From an uncultured Methanoregulaceae archaeon (GTDB lineage Archaea; Halobacteriota; Methanomicrobia; Methanomicrobiales; Methanospirillaceae): a DNA stretch of 64,000 bases. The position numbers and the translations under genes are program-made. The stretch lies in NCBI GenBank assembly GCA_963705255.1, contig OY970061.1, positions 1,568,001 through 1,632,000 of the forward strand, written 5' to 3'. This document shows, one piece after another, positions 43,898 through 54,680 of the stretch; the first letter of the stretch is position 1; each line of letters opens with the position of its first letter. The notes under the pieces were generated by a model. That model had not been told where the DNA came from. It saw only the letters and a list, made by a program, of their open reading frames with translations, and did no database searches.

Positions 43898-44063
43898 AAT
43901 ATATCTCACACCCCACTTATAATAAATGATTTTCTATTCTCCAGACTGATATTCTATGTCAAAAATTAATGGTAAATAATCAATATTGCCTTTTTATGGA
44001 AACGATTTAATTAAGAATGTAATTAGGGAATTGATGCTACCATGCCATTAATTATGATGAATG

Positions 44064-44096
44064 CCGCCGCCCCCGAAGGGGCGCCCCCGCGGCGGA
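44064..44096. repeat. GC-rich palindromic element in AT-rich DNA
   Basis: CCGCCGC/GCGGCGG outer stem with an inner CCCC-GAA-GGGG hairpin. Confidence 0.55.
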
Positions 44097-44265
44097 TCAA
44101 TGAAAAAAAGCAATTTTAAAAAATCTTCCTACCTCCGCCGTGCCTTAAAGAGGTCCTGAGGTGAGGAAGTTTCACAAATGTTGCCTCAACTAACAATATC
44201 CATCATTCATATATGGACACATTGATTTATCCCATTTTAAAAGGTAAAAAAATTGAAAAAATGTT

Positions 44266-45105
44266 TCAAATATTTCCCGGGCCTGCCTGCTTAGGAGCAA
44301 AGGCATTTTTGATCAGGTCCGGGTTGAATGCTGATGGAACTGATCCGGTCTTTGCATAAGTGTAGAGTGCAGTCACGAAGATTCCTTGCATGGCCGAATA
44401 TACCACTGCAAGGAGAACAACCAAGATGAGGAATAGTACAAGTGCAACGCCAAAAATGACATCGTTCCCAAGGAGCCAAATGGCAAAGACACCAATTGCT
44501 GCAATAACGCCAATAATCATAAAGACGAGCACGATCGATACAGAACCGATGATGCTCTCACCCCAGGTCTTCCGGATCAGGGAGAAGGACTCTTTCACGG
44601 AACCGATGACTTCCTTGTCCTCAAGGACAAGGACGGGGACGACAAAATACGTCACCAGACTCCAGACACCCCCGACGATCAAGAGGACGATCTGCCCGAC
44701 GAGGCCTGACCGCTCCTCAAGGATGTGGAGGATGAGCCCGATCGTCGCGGAGATCAGCGCCCAGCCGAATATGGCGGGAATATGCCGTGCGGAACCGGAC
44801 AGTCCCTCCCTGACGGTCATATCCTTCCCGTTCAGCCGTGCACTGACGCAGGAGATGAGCGCCGTGTTGAAGAATATCACCACAAAGTAGCTGACCACGT
44901 AATACAGGAAGAGGATCCCGTAAAAGAGGAGCCCGGTCGTGTTCAGGAAGCTTCCGGCAACAAAGAGCGGGAGGACGAAGGAGAGGATGACAAGGATCGT
45001 GATGATTCCCGAAAGGACCGGGAATACGAGGAGTTTTTTGTCATCCATGAGAATATTCCAGCTCGTCTTCACCAGCTCGAAACTTCTGCCAATGCTTTCA
45101 AACAT
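44266..45105 (-). CDS. DUF6159-like membrane protein
   Basis: S..L.K.SW..L..DK.LLVFP, FFNTAL, WALISAT.G, TYFVVPV, KTWGE. Confidence 0.75.
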   Translation of the reverse strand: MFESIGRSFELVKTSWNILMDDKKLLVFPVLSGIITILVILSFVLPLFVAGSFLNTTGLLFYGILFLYYVVSYFVVIFFNTALISCVSARLNGKDMTVREGLSGSARHIPAIFGWALISATIGLILHILEERSGLVGQIVLLIVGGVWSLVTYFVVPVLVLEDKEVIGSVKESFSLIRKTWGESIIGSVSIVLVFMIIGVIAAIGVFAIWLLGNDVIFGVALVLFLILVVLLAVVYSAMQGIFVTALYTYAKTGSVPSAFNPDLIKNAFAPKQAGPGNI

Positions 45106-45185
45106 ACTGACAGCGTGGACGGTAAAACGAGATGAAGGTTATGCCGCATACGAACCCGGGGCCAAAAAGGTCGGATCTCACGGAC

Positions 45186-45890
45186 TCATGCCCTGCGCAT
45201 GAAAAGGAGGAACCCGAGGCCCAGTCCGGCAACCGTTGCAGGAAGAGAGAGTCCGGGCGAGGGTGCAGTCGGGACGGCCGTCGGGGCGGGGGCCGGGGTG
45301 AATGTGGGGGAAGGCGCCGTCCCGGTCGTCTCCGGCTGCCCCGCCACCGGCACCGTTATGACCATCACGCTGCCCGGGACGAGCTGGTTGCTGTTGTCGA
45401 TCTCCTCCACCTGCAGGAGCATGACCTGCGGTCCGGCTGCCTGCGGCACGGTCCCATCGACCGAAACGATGAACGAGACATCGTGATAGGAGGAGTAGGA
45501 GAGGAGGAAGCCGCTCAGGAATGCGGCACTCCCCCGGGCAGTCTGGTTTGCAGTGTTCAGGCCATCCACAACGACCTGGATAGTCCATCGGGCACCGGAA
45601 AGCCCGGTCTGCATCTGGAGCTCGTGGCCGCTGTAAAATGTGCAGGGCCCGGGACTGATATACAGGCACGTGCTGGTAGAGGCAGACGTACAGGCGCCGA
45701 CAGGATAAAATGAGCACGTGGCAGTGGGAGTCAGGATATACCGTGCGGCCACGTGCTGCTGACCGCCCGGCGTGAGGGGCGGGGACGGGAGATACGTGAC
45801 GCTGGAGAGGGAGAGCGATGCGGCTGCTGGATACGCCGCGAGCAGGAGGGCCGCGGTCCCGCAGATGACCAGAAGGGGCAGGGTTTTCAT
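45186..45890 (-). CDS. Secreted/surface protein with PGF-CTERM-like anchor
   Basis: Signal peptide; Pro/Thr linker; SPGL + hydrophobic helix + RR C-terminus. Confidence 0.75.
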   Translation of the reverse strand: MKTLPLLVICGTAALLLAAYPAAASLSLSSVTYLPSPPLTPGGQQHVAARYILTPTATCSFYPVGACTSASTSTCLYISPGPCTFYSGHELQMQTGLSGARWTIQVVVDGLNTANQTARGSAAFLSGFLLSYSSYHDVSFIVSVDGTVPQAAGPQVMLLQVEEIDNSNQLVPGSVMVITVPVAGQPETTGTAPSPTFTPAPAPTAVPTAPSPGLSLPATVAGLGLGFLLFMRRA

Positions 45891-45922
45891 GATGCTTCAT
45901 CGCTCCCGGGGGTTCGTCCTGA

Positions 45923-46828
45923 TCAGCGGGCCTGTATGCTGCGGATGAACCGCCCGGCATGATCGATCGCCTGCTGGGCTTCGGGTATCTGCTCTGCAAA
46001 CACCTGCCAGCAGTGGAACATTCCCTCCCACAGTTCTGCCTGGACCGGTACTCCGGCCCAGCGGGCCTTGTCCACGAACTTCCCGACATCGGATAGCAGC
46101 AGCTCGTGCGTCCCCACCTGGATATAGAGCCGCGGGAGGCCGGAGAGGCTGGCATGGAGAGGGGATGCGATCGGGTCCTGGGGATCATGGCCTGCAAGGT
46201 AGACGCTGCGGATCGCGTGGAGGCGGCCCGGCGTGATCCAGTCCCGCTCCTGGTTCTTCGCCACGGACTCCCCTTCAAAGAGCATATCGACTTCTGGTGA
46301 CAGGCAGACCGCGGCAGGGGGGAGCGTCAGGCGCTGGTCGCGGAGCGTGAGAAGGAGCCCAAGGACGAGGGTGCCCCCGGCAGAGATTCCCGCGGGGAGT
46401 ATGCGGTGGGGGGGATACCCCCGTGACTGGAGGTACCGGAATGCAGCAACGGCATCTTCGACCGGGGCAGGGAAGACATGTTCGGGGGCCAGCCGGTAAT
46501 CGACCGAGAAGACTTTTGCCCCGGCAGCCCGGGCAAGCCTCAGGCAGAGGCCGAGGTGGTCTTCGGTCGACCCGATCGTGAACCAGCCCCCGTGGAAGAA
46601 GAGGACGACATGGTCCGGATCCGATTCCGGGACCGAGATCCAGTACCCCCCCACGCCGTCCCTGAACATGACCTTCTCGATCTGGTGGGTCGTGCTCCCG
46701 ATCGTCTCTTCCTGCATATCCTTGTAAAAAGCGGAGAAGTCCTGACGTACCGCTGCAAGGGGCAGTTTCGGGTCAGGCGTATGGGATCGGATAATTTCAA
46801 GGAATTCCTCAGGAGATTCGCGGATCAT
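45923..46828 (-). CDS. Alpha/beta hydrolase (HSL-family esterase)
   Basis: HGGW, VDYRLAPEH, GISAGG, SPL, GMFH. Confidence 0.9.
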   Translation of the reverse strand: MIRESPEEFLEIIRSHTPDPKLPLAAVRQDFSAFYKDMQEETIGSTTHQIEKVMFRDGVGGYWISVPESDPDHVVLFFHGGWFTIGSTEDHLGLCLRLARAAGAKVFSVDYRLAPEHVFPAPVEDAVAAFRYLQSRGYPPHRILPAGISAGGTLVLGLLLTLRDQRLTLPPAAVCLSPEVDMLFEGESVAKNQERDWITPGRLHAIRSVYLAGHDPQDPIASPLHASLSGLPRLYIQVGTHELLLSDVGKFVDKARWAGVPVQAELWEGMFHCWQVFAEQIPEAQQAIDHAGRFIRSIQAR

Positions 46829-47247
46829 TATTTAGTCTCTTTTAGCAGGACTTGTAAATAAAATGAAGGGGTACCCGGACCCGCGATGGGCAGGGATCAC
46901 CGGTAAAACCAGTACGCATACCATCCCCCAGAACCGGGATCCCCGGCAGGACTGCCGGCACCCGTGAGACCGGGGAACGGACCGTACGGAACGTATCCCG
47001 CCGCCTGCTACCGTTCCGCGACCTTTTTGGGATCTTTCATCGGTTTCATAAGGAGATGCCCTTCTGGTCCTTCAGGTCCGGGTCCCTCTCCGGAGAAACG
47101 CGACCACATCGGTTCTCCGGCAATGCCTGATGTCAACCAGGAACCGAAGACAGATGGCATCCGGACAGCCGCTTCTGAAGATGCCTTCCTCATCCTGATC
47201 CTGATTTATCAGCAAGAGATTTATTAATCTGCACCCTCCATCATTGT

Positions 47248-48400
47248 ATGAACGCGATGCCCTCCCATAGTTTCTGTTTTTCAGCGGATTCTACACGGGA
47301 AATTTCCGAAAGGATCAGGAATTTTTCAGATTTTCACCCAGCGCTCGGGATCATCTTCAGCTCCGTTGCGCTCGGTATTCCCGGCCTGGCTTCTCAAATC
47401 GCTTCAGCCGGGTTCCCCGTGTTCGGCTGCTCGACCTGCGGGGAGATCCTGAAGGGGGAGGGGGAGGGTCCCGTACTCGAGGAGTCAGCCGTGTGCTGCC
47501 TGCTCGATATCGATCCGTCCGTCTTTTCCGTGGCACTCTTTGAGAGACGCGATGAATCGTCCTTTGACTTCGGCAAGCGGATCGGTGCCTGGGGGAAGAA
47601 GACGTTTGCCAGCCCGGCCTTCATCGTCACCATGGCGGGCCTTAAAAATGACGGGGAGGCATTGGTCCGTGGCATTGAATCGGGAAGCCACCCCGGGACC
47701 CGGATATTCGGGGGGCTTGCAGGAGATGACAGGAAATTTTCCGGGACCTACGTTTTTTCCCATACCGGCTGGTCGGCGGATGGTGCGGCAGTGATCGGTA
47801 CTGGACCGGTCCCGGATAGAAGTGAACGGCATTGCCACCAGCGGATGGGCTGGCGTAGGGGGGGAGATGGTGATAACCTCATCGGAGGGGAACGTGGTAC
47901 GGACCATCAACAACCGCCCTCCTGTCGAGATTTACAAGGAGTACCTCCATGTGAGTGACGGTGACCTCCAGGATATGGGAATATCCTTCCCCCTTCTCGT
48001 GAGGAGGCCGGATGGATCCGAAGTACTCCGTGCGTTTCTGGCTGTCGATTTCGAGACCGGTTCCCTGGTGTTTGCGGGAGCCGTGCCCCAGGGAGCCAGG
48101 GTGCGGTTTTCCAGTTCGTTCGGACATGAGATCATCGAAAAATCGGTCCAGGATCTCACGTGCTGGCACCGGCAGCACCCCCGGGCGGATCTCGTCCTCA
48201 TCTTCTCCTGCATGGCACGCCATCAGGTCTCAGGGCCCATGGTAGCAGAAGAGATCGCCGCGGCATCGGATCTCTGGAAGGCCCCGCTGATAGGCTTCTT
48301 CACCTATGGCGAGATAGGCCATAACCTCTACGGGACCTGTGATTTCTACAACGAGACACTCAGCCTTGTCGCGATCGAGTTCCTCCCTGACCGGATATGA
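47248..48400 (+). CDS. FIST N/C-domain sensory protein; +1 frameshift at ~47797
   Basis: FGCSTCGEI, FGGLAGDD, then SGW, IFSCMAR, GFFTYGEI, NETL in the next frame. Confidence 0.85.
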
Positions 48401-51400
48401 AACAGCTTGACCGACTCTGGACCGAACTGCAGCCGCTCCTTGCGCAGCATTCAGCGGAAGAGCAGGAAAACCTGAATGCTGCCTTCGGCCGTGCAAAAAA
48501 GGAGACCTCGCTCCTCGAATCAAAATATCAGCGCGCGATCCGGGACCGGGCTGCGGTCCATGCCCTGCTCAAGAAGGCGTCCGAGGATCTCCTCCAGAGG
48601 TACCAGACCCTTTTCGAGAACTCCGGAACAGCGATGGTAGTCATTGAAAATGACGGGACGATCTCGCTTGCCAATACCCTGTTCCTGAACCTCCTTGGTT
48701 ACCGTCGGGAAGACATTGAGAACCGGAAAAGTTTCTTTGCCATTTTCGACGAACGCTTCCAGGATCAGGAGCAGGACTATCACCTGCGCAGGCGGGCCGG
48801 CGATACGACTGTGCCTCACCGGTACGAGGCCCAGGTTATCAGCAGCGACGGCAGAGTTCTGGATGTCATCATCATGATCGGGCTGTTCCTCGGGACCACC
48901 CAGAGTGCGGCATCGATCGTTGACATCACCGACCGGAAACGTATGGAGGATGAGCTCAGGCTCTTTAAGGCCTCCGCCGACCGGGCATATGATGAAGTAT
49001 TCTGGCTCGATTTCGAGGGCAACATGCTCTACGTGAACGACGCGGCCTCGCGGAATACCGGGTACTCGCGGGAGGAGCTCCTTGCCATGAAGGTCTTTGA
49101 ACTGGACCCGGACTTCAACCCGGATATCTGGAAGGGATTCACCGAGGACCTCCGGAAGAAGGGATCCATGATCTTCGAGACCCGGCACCGGCGCAAGAAC
49201 GGGGAGCTGATGGATATCGAGATCGTATCGAACTATGTCACCAAAGAGGGGAGCGAGTACAGCTTCGCCTTCGTCCGGGATATCACCGACCGCAAGCGCA
49301 CGGAACGGGACATTCTCCAGAAGAACGAAGAACTGAACAAGGCTTACGGGCAGCTGGCTGCGATTGAGCAGGAACTCCGGCAGCAATATGACGAACTTGC
49401 CAGCAGCCAGAAGCTGCTGAAGGAGAGCGAGGCCAAGTTCCACGGTGTCTTCAACAATGCGAATGATGCGATCTTCATCCACCACGCCCGGGAAGGCACC
49501 CCGGGCAGGTTCCTGGAAGTAAATGACTTCATGTGCAACGCACTGGGGTACTCCCGGGATGAACTCCTCACCATGGAAGTGAAGGATATCATATCCGAAA
49601 CCCACCTGAAAGAGGTGCCGGATATCAGCAGGGAGATCGCCGAGAGAGGGTCCCATAAATTTTACGCTGAACTGGTGCGGAAGGACGGGTCAACATTCCC
49701 CGTTGAGGTGAACTCCCACAAATACCAGTTCTCCGGACAGGAGGTCGTCCTGGCGGTTGCACGGGATATCACCGAATGGAAGCACGCAGAGCAGGAGATC
49801 CTCCATGCGAACAAGGAGCTCAACGCGGCATATGAGCAGCTGGCTGCCGTCGAACAGGAACTCCGGTCAAATTACGAGAACCTGAGCGCAACGGAGAAAA
49901 AACTCCGGGAGAGCGAGGCATGGTCGCGGGAATTCGCCGAGCTCCTCCCCCAGTGCGTCTATGAGGTAGATACGGCCGGGAGGATCCTCTTCGGGAACCA
50001 GAACGCCATGGACATCTTCGGGATCACCCGCGAGATGCTTGACGCCGGCCTGAACATGCGGGATATCATCATCCCGGAGGAATGGGAGCAGGCAGAGAGG
50101 AACATGGCCCAGATTGTCAAGATGGGAAGGAAAACCTCAGAGGATCTGTATCACTGCCGGAGGAAGGACGGCTCCCTGATGCCGGCCAACTTTTACACCG
50201 CCGCGGTCTATCGTGACGGTGCGCTTGCGGGGTTCCGGGGCATCGTCGTTGATATAACCGATGCCCTCAGGGCACAGGAGGCGCTGCAGAGAAGCGAGAC
50301 CCGGTTCCGTGAACTTGCCGAGCTCCTGCCCCAGATCGTGTTCGAACTGGATGAAAACCTGAAGTTCACCTTCTTCAACTGGAATACCATCGAGATGACC
50401 GGGTATGCCTATGACGACCTGTCACACAACAGGACCGGCATCTATGATATTCTCCAGCAGTCGGATCGCCTGCCTGCCGAGCGTTTTTTTGCCCACATCC
50501 TCCAGGACCGTGCCAGCGGCCACCTCGAATGCGGGCTCGTTACCCTTGACGGCAGGGAGATCCGCGCCATCATCTACGCTTCCCCAATAATCGGGGGAAA
50601 CCGGGTTGCAGGCATCCGGGGAGTCATCGTCGACATCGCAGAACAGAAAAGCCTTGAGCTGGCGTTCCGGGAGAGCGAGCTGCGGTTCCGGGAGCTGGCC
50701 GAGCTCGTCCCGCAGTTTATCTTCGAGACCGACAGGAACTTCCGGTTCACCTATTTCAACCTGAGCGCGCTGAACGTCACCGGGTATGATCACGAGGACT
50801 TTGCGAAAGGGCTGGATGCCTTTTCCCTCGTGGACATTGCCGACAGGCGACGTATCAGGGAGTCCTTCATGAGGATTTTCGCGGGTGAGGACGTGCCTCC
50901 CCTCCAGTTCCCTCTCACAACGAAGGAGCGGGACAAGATCCCGGTCATCATGTACGCTGCGCCGATCATCAGGGAGAACGAATATGCGGGGATACGCGGG
51001 ATCATCGTCGATATTTCCGATCAGAAACGGCTCGAGACCGCACTCGCGACCACAAACCAGAAACTCAACCTGATGAACAGCCTGACCCGCCACGATGTCC
51101 TGAACAATATCACCGGACTTCTCGGCCTCGTCGATATGCTGGGGGAGATTACAACTGAGAGCAAGGCACGGGAACTCATCCTGGAGATCCACGACCTGAT
51201 CAACACGGTAAAGGACCAGATCCTCTTCACCAGGGACTACCAGAGCGTGGGGGTGAAGGCTCCCCAGTGGCAGAGCCTCTGCGAGGGCATCGGGAGCGCG
51301 GTATCGGCCATCGGGCGGGACACGGTACCGGTGAAGATGCCCGTATCCGATGCCGAGATCTATGCCGATCCCTTTTTCGGCAGGGTCTTTTACAACCTGA

Positions 51401-51690
51401 TCGATAACAGTTTCAGGCACGGTGAATCGGTCCGGAACATCTCGGTTGATACCGAGGTTCTGCCGGAGGGGGGTCTCCTTATACGGTACTGCGATGACGG
51501 GACGGGCGTCCCGCCGGATGAGAAGGAACTGATCTTCAAGCAGGGATACGGCAAAAATACCGGGTTCGGCCTTTTTATCATCCGCGAGATCCTGGGGATA
51601 ACCTGCCTGACCATCAGGGAGACCGGGGTATATAAGAGCGGGGTACGGTTCGAGATCACGGTCCCGAAAGAGGCATGGCGGGCCGTATAG
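48397..51690 (+). CDS. Multi-PAS sensor histidine kinase
   Basis: About six PAS/PAC repeats (DIT/DIS ends); H-box RHDVLN, NLIDNSFRHG, DDGTGV, GFGL. Confidence 0.92.
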   Translation: MKQLDRLWTELQPLLAQHSAEEQENLNAAFGRAKKETSLLESKYQRAIRDRAAVHALLKKASEDLLQRYQTLFENSGTAMVVIENDGTISLANTLFLNLLGYRREDIENRKSFFAIFDERFQDQEQDYHLRRRAGDTTVPHRYEAQVISSDGRVLDVIIMIGLFLGTTQSAASIVDITDRKRMEDELRLFKASADRAYDEVFWLDFEGNMLYVNDAASRNTGYSREELLAMKVFELDPDFNPDIWKGFTEDLRKKGSMIFETRHRRKNGELMDIEIVSNYVTKEGSEYSFAFVRDITDRKRTERDILQKNEELNKAYGQLAAIEQELRQQYDELASSQKLLKESEAKFHGVFNNANDAIFIHHAREGTPGRFLEVNDFMCNALGYSRDELLTMEVKDIISETHLKEVPDISREIAERGSHKFYAELVRKDGSTFPVEVNSHKYQFSGQEVVLAVARDITEWKHAEQEILHANKELNAAYEQLAAVEQELRSNYENLSATEKKLRESEAWSREFAELLPQCVYEVDTAGRILFGNQNAMDIFGITREMLDAGLNMRDIIIPEEWEQAERNMAQIVKMGRKTSEDLYHCRRKDGSLMPANFYTAAVYRDGALAGFRGIVVDITDALRAQEALQRSETRFRELAELLPQIVFELDENLKFTFFNWNTIEMTGYAYDDLSHNRTGIYDILQQSDRLPAERFFAHILQDRASGHLECGLVTLDGREIRAIIYASPIIGGNRVAGIRGVIVDIAEQKSLELAFRESELRFRELAELVPQFIFETDRNFRFTYFNLSALNVTGYDHEDFAKGLDAFSLVDIADRRRIRESFMRIFAGEDVPPLQFPLTTKERDKIPVIMYAAPIIRENEYAGIRGIIVDISDQKRLETALATTNQKLNLMNSLTRHDVLNNITGLLGLVDMLGEITTESKARELILEIHDLINTVKDQILFTRDYQSVGVKAPQWQSLCEGIGSAVSAIGRDTVPVKMPVSDAEIYADPFFGRVFYNLIDNSFRHGESVRNISVDTEVLPEGGLLIRYCDDGTGVPPDEKELIFKQGYGKNTGFGLFIIREILGITCLTIRETGVYKSGVRFEITVPKEAWRAV

Positions 51691-51751
51691 CGCGGAAGAA
51701 AGAGAGAGTATTATCCAAAAAGCGATGTATGATTGTATAGGAGACTGAACG

Positions 51752-52115
51752 ATGACGAAGATCCTCCTTGTCGAAGATGACGATATTGTCTCACGGGTTG
51801 CCATCTGGCGCCTGGAGAAACTCGGCTACGAAGTCTGCGGGAGAGCGACCAACAGCGCCGCTGCCGTGAACCTGGCAAGAGAACACCATCCCGATCTCAT
51901 CCTGATGGACATCAAGATTGCCGGACCCAGTGACGGCATAACGACCGCGAAGATGCTCAAAGAGGTCACCACTGCACCGCTGGTGTATCTTACGTCCCAG
52001 AGCGACGAAGAGACCGTCATCCGGGCGGCCGAGACCCGGCTGCGGCTTCATCTCGAAGCCATTCGAGGACAAGGATCTCAGGATCGCAATCGAGATCGCG
52101 CTCCGGAAGAAATAA
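51752..52115 (+). CDS. Single-domain response regulator; +1 frameshift at ~52036
   Basis: LLVEDD, PDLILMDI, YLTS; continues GFISKPFEDKDLRIAIEIAL to TAA 52115. Confidence 0.85.
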
Positions 52116-52217
52116 CCGGATCGAAACGTGGCGGTAAACGGCAGAATACGGGATATTCTCTTTTGACTGCTCCCGGAACAGGAGTGGGGCCCTTTCAGGC
52201 GGACTGGGAACGGCTGC

Positions 52218-53036
52218 TTACCGATAGTGCCCGCCCACCCCGGTCAGCTCCTCCGCCATCTTCCAGAGCCGTTCCTGAATCCTACGGTCGTAGGACAGGG
52301 CAGACGAGCGGACCTCCCGCCGTTCATCGAAATACCGCCCCGACACCCCGGCCACATCCGGGGAACGTGCGAGCCAGATCGATGTCTGCGCCCCTTCTTC
52401 CGGCGTGATGGTGGCGATACCGGGAGCCGCGGATCGGGAGAGCTTCGTGTCTGCGACGCCGGGGTGCAGGCAGTTGGCCGTGATCCCGCTCCCTTCGAGG
52501 TTCCGGGCAAGGGTATACGTGAATGCCACATCGGCAAATTTCGAGAGCGAGTAGGCCCCCCACGGATCGTACCGGCGCTCCTGCGGCAGGTTCTCCCAGT
52601 CGATCCTGTCCACATCCTCGTGGGCGCTCGAAGCGACGGTGACGATGCGGGAATTTTTCCGGAGCAGGGGGAGCAGCAGGTGGGTGAGGAGGAAGGGGGC
52701 GAGGTAGTTCACGGCAAAGGTCATCTCGACCCTTTCCGCCGTCACATGCCGGGCCTTCTGGTAGGTGCCTACGTTATTGACGAGGACATCGAGGCGGGGA
52801 TAGCGCGACGTGAGGTCAGCTGCCATTTCACGGATCCGGTCCTGCCGGGCGAAGTCGGCGATGAACAGATCGGGGCGGGCGGAGCCGGTCTTCCCCAGCT
52901 CCTGCTGTACCCGTTTCCCTTTCTTTTCGTCCCTCCCGTGGAGGATCACCTCAGCTCCCCCGGCGGCCAGTGCGGTCGCGGTGGCCTTGCCGATACCGTC
53001 CGTGGAGCCCGTGACAAGAATGAGCGGCTGTGCCAT
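52218..53036 (-). CDS. Short-chain dehydrogenase/reductase (retinol-DH-like)
   Basis: TGSTDGIG, LVNNVG, YSLSK, LHPG. Confidence 0.9.
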   Translation of the reverse strand: MAQPLILVTGSTDGIGKATATALAAGGAEVILHGRDEKKGKRVQQELGKTGSARPDLFIADFARQDRIREMAADLTSRYPRLDVLVNNVGTYQKARHVTAERVEMTFAVNYLAPFLLTHLLLPLLRKNSRIVTVASSAHEDVDRIDWENLPQERRYDPWGAYSLSKFADVAFTYTLARNLEGSGITANCLHPGVADTKLSRSAAPGIATITPEEGAQTSIWLARSPDVAGVSGRYFDERREVRSSALSYDRRIQERLWKMAEELTGVGGHYR

Positions 53037-53343
53037 GCTGGCGTGTATCGGGCTGCGACGGGAAGAACGTTTCGGATACGTTCCAGCGTTTCCGTGGAGC
53101 CCGCCCTTTGAATCATCCGTCAGGATACTCCGGGAGTTCCCCCGGACCTATCGTACTCCGGATTTTTCCGGAACAGTTCACGGGTTTTTTCGCCGGATGA
53201 AAACCGGCCACTTCCCGATATTTTATATATTTCTTCAGTCAAGCATAGCACGTGCTGAAAAGGGCACACAACCGGAACATGAGCCAATGCCGGGAGAAGA
53301 CCGGGGGTATCATGTCCAGCCAGGAAACGAGCAAGGTGAATCC

Positions 53344-53727
53344 ATGACAGGACAACACTCATTCGGAAACCTGATCTATACCTATGATGCCGCAGCCGGG
53401 GAAGCGCTCGGCAAGCGGGAGAGCCACACGCCGAAGATCGAGGCGCCGGCTACTGTGAAGCCTGATGAACTCTTCAGCCTGAAGGTAACCGTGGGGTCCC
53501 ACCCGAATACGGTCGAGCACTCGATCCGGTGGATCATGGTCACGTTCGAAGAGGAGGGGCGGGCCTTCAACCCGGTCTTCCTCGGGAAGGTGTCCCTGAA
53601 CTCCGTGACCACCCAGCCGGAAGTAGTCCTGAGCGTAAAGCTGCCAAAGAGCGGCGTCATCCACGCGCTCGAGTACTGCAACCTTCACGGCCTGTGGGCG
53701 GGGAAACGGGAGATCAAGGTCCAGTAA
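53344..53727 (+). CDS. Superoxide reductase-like (class II SORL/neelaredoxin) protein
   Basis: ESHTP, HPNTVEHSI.W, YCNLHGLW. Confidence 0.88.
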   Translation: MTGQHSFGNLIYTYDAAAGEALGKRESHTPKIEAPATVKPDELFSLKVTVGSHPNTVEHSIRWIMVTFEEEGRAFNPVFLGKVSLNSVTTQPEVVLSVKLPKSGVIHALEYCNLHGLWAGKREIKVQ

Positions 53728-53782
53728 TTTTTTCGGTTTTTATCGTCCGGAACACGGGAGGAACTGACGGGAGTTTTCTCGC

Positions 53783-54214
53783 ATGCCACGCTACTGGATC
53801 ATAGTCGCATCAAAGGACCATGTCATGCATGGTGTCTCGCTCGGTATCGCGCAGGCAGGGCACGGCAAACGATCGGGGATTGCACGGATGCACGCGGGGG
53901 ACGGGATCGTCTACTATTCCCCGAAGGAAGAGTATTCGGGTCATGAACCGCTCAAGGCCTTCACCGCTCTTGGCTTTGTCGAAGATGAGGAGATCTGGCA
54001 GGGAGAAGAGTCGCCGGATTTCCGGCCGTTCCGGCGCAGGGTGAAGTACGTTGCAACAAAAGATGTGCCGGCTGCACCCCTTGTCGGGGATCTGAAGTTC
54101 ATCCGGAACAAGAAGGCATGGGGCTATGTCATGCGCTTTGGGCTCATCGAGATCCCGGAGGAGGACTTCCGGCGTATCGGCGCTGAAATGCGAGTCCCTG
54201 ACCCTAATCCCTGA
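53783..54214 (+). CDS. EVE-domain protein
   Basis: YWIIVASKDHV, HGK, GDGIVYYSP, PFRRRV, WGY.MRFG. Confidence 0.88.
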   Translation: MPRYWIIVASKDHVMHGVSLGIAQAGHGKRSGIARMHAGDGIVYYSPKEEYSGHEPLKAFTALGFVEDEEIWQGEESPDFRPFRRRVKYVATKDVPAAPLVGDLKFIRNKKAWGYVMRFGLIEIPEEDFRRIGAEMRVPDPNP

Positions 54215-54442
54215 TTCTTCTGAAAGCGGATCGGGACGGCGGTGCTGTCTCTCCTTGCAACGGGAGGGCAGGGGGCGGGTGCCCGAGAAGAGCCTGGGCT
54301 GCTGTTCACTACAGGTTTTGATAACACATCACTCAGGCCGCGAACCTGATGCTGTCCCGATAGGGACAGGATGACATTTTTCAGAGAGCATCCGCTCTTT
54401 GAGTAAAATTTCATAAGAACAGATACCGTGTAAGAAGGAAGG

Positions 54443-54565
54443 TGATAGCAGCTTGGTATGCTTCCCGGGGACTCGCGTACCTCGATACAACATACTACGT
54501 GTGCCGGCTTAACTGCTGGGTTCGGAATGAGACCAGGTGTGTCCCGACAGCTATGGCCGCTATCA
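54443..54565 (-). rRNA. rrf: 5S rRNA
   Basis: GATAGCGGCCATAGC...CTCATTCCGAACCCAGCAGTTAAGCC...GCTGCTATC; terminal helix GGTGATAGC/GCTATCACC. Confidence 0.93.
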
Positions 54566-54680
54566 CCACATGTTTGCTTTTAGATGCTGGTTCTGAACGA
54601 AGAGCGATCGCATCATCTCCGAAGTCGAAGAATCGCAGGCGATTCTTCTCCTCGTCGATGTGTTGACACACATCTCCGAA

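Noticed and set aside
364-51804. Long antisense ORFs (e.g. 364-1347, 4558-5862, 15851-17053, 33784-35298, 36332-37819, 50422-51804)
   Set aside because: Shadows of GC3-rich sense genes; no recognisable motifs
2205-52115. Programmed frameshifting or mass pseudogenisation
   Set aside because: No slippery heptamers; both halves of each gene are conserved; lesions share 4-mer contexts and also occur in rRNA, so read error is more likely
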